In this document: in pieces, positions 1 to 7,858 of the stretch | Numbering within the stretch: position 1 is the first letter of the stretch | Layout: each line of letters starts with the position of its first letter | Assembly: GCF_029227855.1 (NCBI RefSeq) | Contig: NZ_CP074356.1 | Direction: 5' to 3' (one strand) | From: Escherichia coli | Lineage (GTDB): Bacteria > Pseudomonadota > Gammaproteobacteria > Enterobacterales > Enterobacteriaceae | DNA: 64,000 bases | Program-made: the position numbers and the translations under genes | Notes under the pieces: model-generated | Database searches by the model: none | Told to the model about the DNA's origin: nothing | The model's input: the letters and a program-made list of their open reading frames with translations, nothing else

Positions 1-18
1 TCACAGTACCGACCTGAT

Positions 19-672
19 ATGCCGTTTTGGCGATTACAAGGCGACGGATTCTGGCAATTACACAATGCCGAGCTTTGCTCAACAGCAGGGAGCAGCCGAC
101 AACCGCCAGTGAAGGAACTGAACGAATACCACGTTGCAGGCGGTTTCGATGAACAGCACTACGCCCTGGTAACCGGCAATAAAAAACTCATCAATACTCT
201 GGCGCAACAGATACTCGAAGCGCACTTCACCGAGAGTATTCAGGAAGAAATTGCTGACGAGCTGGGTTTTGATCTCCAGCAAATCCGTAAACAGCGCGAC
301 CCGTTATTTCGCAAAAATGTATTACGCGCTTATAACTACCAGTGCGCGATATGTGGCTTTAATATGCGCCACGACGACACCACCGTCGCGCTGGAAGCGG
401 CGCATATAAAATGGAAACAGCACGGCGGCCCTTGTGAAATCCCCAATGGTCTGGCGCTTTGCGCAATACACCATAAAGCCTTTGATAAAGGATCGATTGG
501 CCTGGATGAAAATATGCGGGTACTGGTCTCGGATGCGGTAAACGGCGGAGGGATCGTTGAGAGATTATTCTGGGATTTTGACGGGAAAACTATTGCGTTG
601 CCACAGGTGCGTAAAAATTACCCTTTTGAGGGGTTTGTGGAGTGGCATCGAAAAGAGGTTTTTAGGGGGTGA
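19..672 (+). CDS. HNH (His-Me finger) endonuclease-domain protein; possibly 5'-partial, since the frame is open from position 1
   Basis: Translation carries a CxxC...H...N...H pattern (YQCAICGF ... EAAHIKW ... NGLALCAIHHKAFDKG). No in-frame stop between position 1 and the ATG at 19, so the N-terminus may lie outside the window. Confidence 0.6.
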   Translation: MPFWRLQGDGFWQLHNAELCSTAGSSRQPPVKELNEYHVAGGFDEQHYALVTGNKKLINTLAQQILEAHFTESIQEEIADELGFDLQQIRKQRDPLFRKNVLRAYNYQCAICGFNMRHDDTTVALEAAHIKWKQHGGPCEIPNGLALCAIHHKAFDKGSIGLDENMRVLVSDAVNGGGIVERLFWDFDGKTIALPQVRKNYPFEGFVEWHRKEVFRG

Positions 673-984
673 GGTAGCCATTATATATCTTTCACCTAGG
701 ATTTTAAATGTAATAGATAAAGTATTTTCTGACACCGAAAGTAGTATTTATGAGTACATAGCCACAAATCAATTTTAAAATCTCAATATAAAATACGTTT
801 ACAAATATTCTAGTCAGAGTAAATATATATTCATTATAAGAGAATCCAATTATTAACCAATCGAAATTACAAATTAAAAAACAATTGGCATGTTGAATTG
901 TACACTAATTTATATACATAGTAAATTTACATCTATTCATGATATAATTATCGTGATATCAATTCATTAATCAGGAAAATCATA

Positions 985-1287
985 ATGGAATTGTTAAATA
1001 CTTATGATGATAAAGAAACAGCTGAAATATTTTTTGAAAAAATAGACGGAGAGAAAAGATTAGCAAGTGAGAGAGATGCTACAGAAACAGTCTATAACCT
1101 CTTCGGGCAACCAACATGGAAAAACTTTTATCTTCTTGATATGTTTAACCTAAAAGAGTTACAAGGGATTATAGAGTGTAGAAAAAATGGACAGCCGTTC
1201 GACCAGGAACGACACAGGGAAATAATAAAAATGCTTGAATATGCAGCAAAATCGTTTGACCTAATTATTCCTGCACATTGGCGATAA
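985..1287 (+). CDS. hypothetical small protein (100 aa), convergent with the Res-like gene
   Basis: ORF with ATG start preceded by a very AT-rich putative promoter region (672..984); no recognisable motifs. Confidence 0.4.
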   Translation: MELLNTYDDKETAEIFFEKIDGEKRLASERDATETVYNLFGQPTWKNFYLLDMFNLKELQGIIECRKNGQPFDQERHREIIKMLEYAAKSFDLIIPAHWR

Positions 1288-1290
1288 TAT

Positions 1291-1321
1291 CTGTTCCATA
1301 TCTCACAGAGATATGGAACAG
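1291..1321. terminator. perfect 14-bp inverted repeat between convergent genes; likely bidirectional intrinsic terminator
   Basis: ctgttccatatctc / aca loop / gagatatggaacag read directly; sits between the stop of the + strand ORF (1287) and the stop of the minus-strand Res-like gene (1334). Confidence 0.5.
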
Positions 1322-1333
1322 AATCATAATTAT

Positions 1334-4300
1334 TTACTCGCTAACCATCTTACTGAATAACTTCTCCAGATAAACGGGGCCTGTATCCTCAATAAAAAGC
1401 ACATTTCTGGCTTCCAGATTTTCTTTTGAGTCAGGTACGTTTACTAAGTCAACATAACAAGTTTCAGAAACAATAAATGCACTTAATGATAAGTTATCAT
1501 CCGATAATTTATGTTCAAGATTCTTAATTTCTTTATATAATCCGAACTTCGGATCATCAAGATTAAGATTGCGAATGCCTTTTGGATCAATAAGACTTAG
1601 CCATTGTTTACCACTTTTATCATCGACTAACCACAATAAGAAATCCGGATAAAAATTACCCGCAGTAGCAAAGCCCAGGCCTTTATTTTTAGAATCCGCA
1701 TTTCTTAGCAGATATAAACTTTTATCACCAATAATTTTCTGCCCTTTTGTCGAATCAACAAAAGACTGAAGATCCTGAACAAAAGTAATCTCGCTTGGCG
1801 CACCAAGTGCTGCCGGTCGCATTTTTAGCGGTATATTGGCATTTTTTTCAATCGAAAGAAGCGGGTAATAGAGATGTTTATCAAAGGTAATAGCAACCAT
1901 CCCGGATGCACTCCAGGATTTTGCTTTACCGATTTCGCCGTCGATGACCAATTGTTGTAATTGTTCCAGCCGACTGGCATAAGCCAACCCATCATCAGTT
2001 TCTTCGATCTCGAAATGGTACATTTTGATCATACCAGGATCATCTTCTTTCACCTGCGTGACTTCATAAAACTGACCTTCATAAGCATTTTTCAAGGTGT
2101 TGTAAAAGCGATCAGTATAATCAGTCAGCAGACGAAGCATAATATCTTCCTGCTTAGCAATATCTGCATATTGCTTAATCTCAAGCTCTGAAGCTGGAAT
2201 CAAAAGGGTATACCAACTATTTCCGATCTTTGTCTTACCGGTACAAAAGTCGATCAAACGTTGTTTATCCACACGTAAATTTGACCAGCCGCGTTGTAGT
2301 TTATAATTCTGAATGGCGAGATAAAGCCGATCAAAATCAAATGCACTAATGATTTTATAATCTAACTTCGCTTCATTGCGCACGTTAACCGGAGTATTGT
2401 CCCCTTTTCTGCTGGTATCAATCGACTCAAGTTTCGGGTATAAGTCCAGCTTAATATGCGGCTGCTTAATTTTCCCCTGAAAATCAGCAGGAACTTCATA
2501 CAATTCGGGAAAATAGACACGTTTAAAGCCGAGTCTTTGATTATCTTTATAACCATCTTTAAGCTTAAGTGTTTTAAGCCTGGTTGCTGGCATATTTGGC
2601 CGAGTTTCAAAATTCAGCTCAAGGATCTCGTCACTTGGCGTAATCCCTTCATCTTCCAGGTATTGTTTAAAGGTTGCCATGTAATCGGCACGTACACCGA
2701 ATACATTCAGTGTCTCTAATTTTTCCAGATGCAACCCTTTCGGACGCTCACCGGGTGTACTGCGTTTCAAAGAATAATTGCGACCTTTAAGGCGTACGCC
2801 ACGACCAAATAACTGAATGATCTGTGAACCTTCTCCACGGCCCATATTGAGCAATCCCATCGTTGAGACGCGCCAACTGCTCCAGCCTTCAGTAAATTTT
2901 CGCGAGCCGATCAAAATATGTAGTCGCGAGTCTTTGTCATTTAACGTATGAAAGAGTGACTTTGCAAAATCATCTCTCTGATAATCAAATGTCGTATCCT
3001 CTTCACACATTTTGTAAAGAGACGGTGCATCACCAATATTGATAAGGCCAAACGGTTCGGCCTCACCAACCTGTAATGCCAGTTCACCTTTACTGCCTAT
3101 TAAATTCAGAACTCGCAGTCGCTGACCAGAGTGAGTGGTGTTAAACAAGCGAGAAAGAATATCTGCGTAGATATCTTCCGGAGCGTTCATTAGTGCAGTA
3201 AAGCGATTTTCAAAAATGTTACGCTCTTTGGTATCGAGGATTCGCGCTTTATTTTTAATGAGATCGTTAATCCACGCTTTTGCCTGCGTTTCGTGGTTTA
3301 AAAACCATGCTAAAAAACGCAATACTGCGTGAATGTCTGAATCTTCACCACTTACCGTATTACCGACAAAAACCCACAGCGGTTTTTCGATATTAAATTC
3401 ACTTAATTTTTCTTTATTCTTATTGAATAAATATTGTTGCTGATAAAAGCTGAGCAAACACGCGGTAAAATACTCATACCGACGCTCATCTTTTTTATCC
3501 TCTTCAGGATTAAGGTTAAGAATCAGTGATTCTTTACCATAACCATCCTCATAGAAGAATTTATAGGAGTAATCGAACAGAATCGATTTTCCATAGACCT
3601 CTCGCGTCGCCTGAATACGCGCATCTCGTTTTTCTTCGCTGGTTAATGCTATTTGCGCTAACTCTTCTTCGTTCAGTTTACCTAAGGCCGTTGTTTCAAA
3701 AAGCAGCTTTGCTTTTTTCTTCTGAATTTCTGTTTCAACTGCCTCAACATTATTGCCACCGGCTACTGCCTGGCCAAAAGTTGCTGAATATTCAAACGCA
3801 AATCCGTCACGTGTTAATTTGTCACGACGGCGCATCCAGGCACCAGCAGCACTTCCGGTGCCTTTATGCCCTTCATCAATCAGAACCAGATTGTTGCCTT
3901 CAAATGCCTCAACGGCAACAGTTTTGTCACCCATTTCATCGGCAAGTTTATTGATATCAATAACTTCAATCGTGCCTTTGAAGGGCGCAGATTTACTCTT
4001 ATCGAATAACTGGTATTGGGTAAATCCTGAGTTTTCCAGCTCATCTAAATGTTGCTTCGACAGGCGTTCATCCGGCGTAAGCAGGATGATTTTATCCGGG
4101 TAATGGTGGGTATTACCGTTCTGGAAATAATGTAAATATTGCAAAATATTGACATGCAATAGCAGTGTTTTACCCGAACCGGTAGCGTTCCAGTATGCAA
4201 GTTTATTCAAGTCATCTAGAATGTATGATTTGAACTGATTAGCCCGGTCTTTTGCTGTTTTATCATTTTCAGCATTGTATGCTGCCAGCTCGTTATTTAG

Positions 4301-4714
4301 CCCATCGAGTAATTGCTGTTTACGATTGAAGTACCAGTCCAGGTAGATCTCGGTAAACAGAAGCGACAAGTACTGAAAATATTTCATATTCAGCACGGTG
4401 TCTTCTTTGCGATTACGGTGCTCAGTTATCTGCTGCCAGTGCTGTACGATATTGAGATCGTAACGACGCAGTTCATCGAGATCGATAAGATCGACCTCGA
4501 ATAAATAGTTACTCAGCTCATGGAAGAACAAGCTTTGGCCATCTTCATGGATGCCTTCAAAGCGATCTTCACCTAACCGATTTTTTAAACCTTGCAATGT
4601 GCCATCTTTAAAAAAATGGAACATAAAGCGGTTCAAAACCAGTTGCTTATGAAAGCTCAGTTTGCTGTTTGTCTCTTTTTTAACAGCTTTACCGGTGGTC
4701 GGTTTTTTAGCCAT
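1334..4714 (-). CDS. Type III restriction Res-like protein: superfamily-2 helicase with C-terminal PD-(D/E)xK nuclease motif (1126 aa)
   Basis: Walker A ATGSGKT, motif II LVLIDEGH, motif III SAT (EYSATFGQ), motif VI QLFGRGVRL; C-terminal NFYPDFLLWLV ... LSLIDPKG fits PD...DxK. ATG at 4714 lies 2 nt after the upstream gene's stop, with a GGAGGAGG Shine-Dalgarno inside that gene's 3' end. Confidence 0.8.
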   Translation of the reverse strand: MAKKPTTGKAVKKETNSKLSFHKQLVLNRFMFHFFKDGTLQGLKNRLGEDRFEGIHEDGQSLFFHELSNYLFEVDLIDLDELRRYDLNIVQHWQQITEHRNRKEDTVLNMKYFQYLSLLFTEIYLDWYFNRKQQLLDGLNNELAAYNAENDKTAKDRANQFKSYILDDLNKLAYWNATGSGKTLLLHVNILQYLHYFQNGNTHHYPDKIILLTPDERLSKQHLDELENSGFTQYQLFDKSKSAPFKGTIEVIDINKLADEMGDKTVAVEAFEGNNLVLIDEGHKGTGSAAGAWMRRRDKLTRDGFAFEYSATFGQAVAGGNNVEAVETEIQKKKAKLLFETTALGKLNEEELAQIALTSEEKRDARIQATREVYGKSILFDYSYKFFYEDGYGKESLILNLNPEEDKKDERRYEYFTACLLSFYQQQYLFNKNKEKLSEFNIEKPLWVFVGNTVSGEDSDIHAVLRFLAWFLNHETQAKAWINDLIKNKARILDTKERNIFENRFTALMNAPEDIYADILSRLFNTTHSGQRLRVLNLIGSKGELALQVGEAEPFGLINIGDAPSLYKMCEEDTTFDYQRDDFAKSLFHTLNDKDSRLHILIGSRKFTEGWSSWRVSTMGLLNMGRGEGSQIIQLFGRGVRLKGRNYSLKRSTPGERPKGLHLEKLETLNVFGVRADYMATFKQYLEDEGITPSDEILELNFETRPNMPATRLKTLKLKDGYKDNQRLGFKRVYFPELYEVPADFQGKIKQPHIKLDLYPKLESIDTSRKGDNTPVNVRNEAKLDYKIISAFDFDRLYLAIQNYKLQRGWSNLRVDKQRLIDFCTGKTKIGNSWYTLLIPASELEIKQYADIAKQEDIMLRLLTDYTDRFYNTLKNAYEGQFYEVTQVKEDDPGMIKMYHFEIEETDDGLAYASRLEQLQQLVIDGEIGKAKSWSASGMVAITFDKHLYYPLLSIEKNANIPLKMRPAALGAPSEITFVQDLQSFVDSTKGQKIIGDKSLYLLRNADSKNKGLGFATAGNFYPDFLLWLVDDKSGKQWLSLIDPKGIRNLNLDDPKFGLYKEIKNLEHKLSDDNLSLSAFIVSETCYVDLVNVPDSKENLEARNVLFIEDTGPVYLEKLFSKMVSE

Positions 4715-4716
4715 TC

Positions 4717-6513
4717 TTAAACCTCCTCCGCAAACATCAGGTTCAAGAATTCAGGTTCGATCTGGCGGATTTTCAGGCTACGAACAATCTCGCCGTCTTC
4801 TTCATCAACAGTAAAGGCGGTAGGTAAGTTATGATCGCCATTGATATAGATAACGTCGAACGTGTTTTCTTTTGCATATAAATCGAATCGGTTGGCATAT
4901 TTATTCAATTCTTCATAACCGATCTTGTCGCAATCGCGCCACAGAATAAGGGTACGCTCGCCTGTTGGTAGCATTCCTTCAACACGCACATAGCCACGTT
5001 CGATATTGGATTCGATGGATTTCACATGTAAACCAATGAGATAGTTGAAAGTTTCAACTAAATCGATGTTTTTACGCTCAGTGGCACCGGCGGAATCCGT
5101 CGCAATATCCATTTCGTAGTTAAATGGTTTTTTGAAATTATCAGTACTGAGTAGTGAACCTTTGCTTTCTGTTTCAAGCATATATTTTATTAAATACTCA
5201 TTTGCTACTGATTCATTCACTGTATCAAAAAGATCTTTTATTTCTTTTTGTTGTTCAAATCGAAGGCTATTTAATACATCTTCGTAACTTTCTATTTTCA
5301 TAACTTTAAGTATATGAGATGAGCCTGTCGTTGAATCCATAGCTTTACCATCTTTCCAATTGCTACTGAATATAACTTTTCTCAACCTGCTTAAAGTTAC
5401 ATTTTGTGCATACTCCCCCTGTTCAACAAGTATATATTTCCTTGAACCCGCATCCTTACGATTCAACTCTATGACTGAGTGGCCACTTGTTCCTGAACCA
5501 GCAAAAAAATCTAATATTATCTCATTTTTATTATGAGATGCACTCCCAATTAAATAATTATATAAAGAAGTTGAGTGACAATAAGGAAAATCAATTCCAA
5601 GATGAGTTGTTTGAGTTTTTCCTTTTTTAGCATCCTGAATTATTGATGTTATTTGCTTTTTAGCGTCAGCATATAAATATGCTTTCTGTCTAGGTTGCGT
5701 TGTTTCATCAACACCAAATAGTATATCCCCCTTATCCATCATATCTTTTAATGTTTCTGGGGTACGAGAAAAACCATTTGGTGGCATAGCGCATGGTTTC
5801 CCGGTAACTGGATGAATTAATGGTATATAGAATTTCTTGTCAGTCCTTGGCTCTGGGGCACGGAGGCTGACACTCTGGTACACTCGACCTTTCTCATCGA
5901 TATATTTGTAAGCTTGTTCACCTCCAGTAAGTTTTTTATTCTTTGTTACCCAATCATAAAATTTTTTCTTTGCTTCACTGTTAATTACAGGATATTTATT
6001 CTTAATTAATTTTGCATATTCGAGTATTTCTAATACATTCTCATTTTTCTTATTAATAGAAATCATGTTCTTTGTAAAACAAGTAGTATATTCATGTTGA
6101 ATCGCAATGCCACTACCACCATTCATGGGATTGCGTTTATCCCAAATAATTGTCCCTGCATCGATAAGACCTAACTGTTTATTAATTAAATAAAGTCGCT
6201 CATATTCATTTTCATCAATATGACAAAAAAATACACCATTTTCACTGAGTAAATTTTTAACAAAAAGCAAACGGCTATCCATCATACTCAGCCAACTTGA
6301 ATGCTTAAAGCTATTTTTATATAAAAAACCACTAGTATCTGTGTTATATGGTGGATCTATATGGACACAATCAATTACGGAATTATATTTTTTCTTCAAA
6401 AGATTTAACGCTTGATAATTATCACCATTAATAAAAACGCCATCAACATTATCGTCAATATCATTGATACTATTTAATATTTTTTCCTTAGATCTCCGTT
6501 TAAATGAGATAAA
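4717..6513 (-). CDS. beta-class N6-adenine/N4-cytosine DNA methyltransferase (Mod-like); no canonical start, probably joined to the upstream ORF by a -1 frameshift
   Basis: Motif IV IDPPYN followed later by motif I LDFFAGSGTSG (order IV then I is beta class). The ORF track starts at a TTG (6399), but the frame is open upstream to 6513 and encodes a conserved-looking pre-motif segment (DGVFINGDNYQALNLL). No ATG/GTG between the stop at 6514..6516 and 6399. Confidence 0.75.
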   Translation of the reverse strand, partial: FISFKRRSKEKILNSINDIDDNVDGVFINGDNYQALNLLKKKYNSVIDCVHIDPPYNTDTSGFLYKNSFKHSSWLSMMDSRLLFVKNLLSENGVFFCHIDENEYERLYLINKQLGLIDAGTIIWDKRNPMNGGSGIAIQHEYTTCFTKNMISINKKNENVLEILEYAKLIKNKYPVINSEAKKKFYDWVTKNKKLTGGEQAYKYIDEKGRVYQSVSLRAPEPRTDKKFYIPLIHPVTGKPCAMPPNGFSRTPETLKDMMDKGDILFGVDETTQPRQKAYLYADAKKQITSIIQDAKKGKTQTTHLGIDFPYCHSTSLYNYLIGSASHNKNEIILDFFAGSGTSGHSVIELNRKDAGSRKYILVEQGEYAQNVTLSRLRKVIFSSNWKDGKAMDSTTGSSHILKVMKIESYEDVLNSLRFEQQKEIKDLFDTVNESVANEYLIKYMLETESKGSLLSTDNFKKPFNYEMDIATDSAGATERKNIDLVETFNYLIGLHVKSIESNIERGYVRVEGMLPTGERTLILWRDCDKIGYEELNKYANRFDLYAKENTFDVIYINGDHNLPTAFTVDEEDGEIVRSLKIRQIEPEFLNLMFAEEV

Positions 6514-7838
6514 TTAACTGTTGCAAACTTGAGCAACTCCACATCAGAGGTAGATGGCTTCTCATCTAAGATGCCTAATTCAATCCATTCTTGGACTATT
6601 TTTTCATTATTAATTATTTCACTGTAAAACTCTGAACTTATTTTGTCCATAGTAATATAGTAATTACTTGAAACAACAAACTTCTTCTTAGTCCAAAGTT
6701 TCTTCTGGAAATTCTCAATTTGTGCCAAAAATGCAATGAGTTCCAGCGCAACAGTACGCAAACATTGAATCATGCGCAATTGTTTCTCAATATTGGCAAA
6801 CACTTCTGCATTTTGCACATTATCGAGATTCATTACTTCATTTTTAATATAAAAATCCAGTTCGTTAGTTAAAAAACCACCGAGATCTTTATGAATAAAG
6901 TAGTCTGCTGTATTACGCTGGGTATAAGTTGTAAGATGACGCTCCAACTCTGTACGTGACGGATTTTTTTCTGTTGGCGCACGTTTAGCAAGATCAACCC
7001 AATGCTGTTGAACTGTTTTATCAGCCAGAATTGTTGAAATAGCGGACTGCACTAAAGCATCCTGCTTAGTGCCCTTTTTCATGGCCTTATATTCGAAGTG
7101 AATAACTAACTCTTCTGTTTCAACGAGTTTACCGTCAACCACAGATGAAGTTTTCACCACTTCTACTGGCTTATATTCTTGTTCGTACTCATCGCCTTCT
7201 TCATCAATTTTGGTACGAACATGCGGCTCAATAAGTACAAAGCAGCGATCTAATTCATTATCTTTACGGTTATCTTTTGCTGTGTCCGCTGCGAGCAATT
7301 TAAAGCTAACTTTACGACCCTCATCTAATTTAAATGAATAATTAGCAAAGTTTTCACCGCTTTTAATGTAGTACTGGTCCTTATTTGCCCAGTGCAACAT
7401 CACTTCTTCGCCAGAATAAGGGATGGCGTAGGTATTACCTTTATAACGGCGTTTGCTGATAAAATCGCCGTTGTCATAATAACGCGAAAAGAAAGTCAGC
7501 AGATGGGAAAATACTGCATTTTCATGCTCATTTGCTCCGGATGCCATAGCCGCCAGTTGCTTTTTAAGCTCCTGTACTTTCGGGCTATCAGCAGGGTCCA
7601 CACCCGCATCAGTTGCCGCTTTTATTGTCAGTTGCAACTGATGTTCTAATTCTGATTTATTGGCATTTCCTGCATCCGCCAGCGCAGACTGGATTTTGGC
7701 CTTCAGCTTATTATCCAGATAGTCGTTAATTTCATCAGCACGTGCATTTAAAATACGATAAATACCGAAATCCAGTTCTGGTCGATCAATCTGAAAAATT
7801 TCTTTTAGCTTCTTAACTAATTCGTTGTACTTACTCAT
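6474..7838 (-). CDS. uncharacterised protein (454 aa from ATG at 7838); possible N-terminal part of a fused methyltransferase
   Basis: Long ORF with no motifs I recognise. Lies 20 bp downstream of the SNF2 gene stop; its 3' end overlaps the open methyltransferase frame (6474..6513). Confidence 0.7.
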   Translation of the reverse strand: MSKYNELVKKLKEIFQIDRPELDFGIYRILNARADEINDYLDNKLKAKIQSALADAGNANKSELEHQLQLTIKAATDAGVDPADSPKVQELKKQLAAMASGANEHENAVFSHLLTFFSRYYDNGDFISKRRYKGNTYAIPYSGEEVMLHWANKDQYYIKSGENFANYSFKLDEGRKVSFKLLAADTAKDNRKDNELDRCFVLIEPHVRTKIDEEGDEYEQEYKPVEVVKTSSVVDGKLVETEELVIHFEYKAMKKGTKQDALVQSAISTILADKTVQQHWVDLAKRAPTEKNPSRTELERHLTTYTQRNTADYFIHKDLGGFLTNELDFYIKNEVMNLDNVQNAEVFANIEKQLRMIQCLRTVALELIAFLAQIENFQKKLWTKKKFVVSSNYYITMDKISSEFYSEIINNEKIVQEWIELGILDEKPSTSDVELLKFATVNLSHLNGDLRKKY

Positions 7839-7858
7839 TATTTTCTCTTTCAAATCAA

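Noticed and set aside
4717-6399. Methyltransferase as a stand-alone gene starting at TTG 6399
   Set aside because: The open frame upstream (to 6513) encodes a conserved-looking pre-motif-IV segment and there is no canonical start or ribosome-binding site at 6399; a frameshift fusion to the upstream ORF is more likely.
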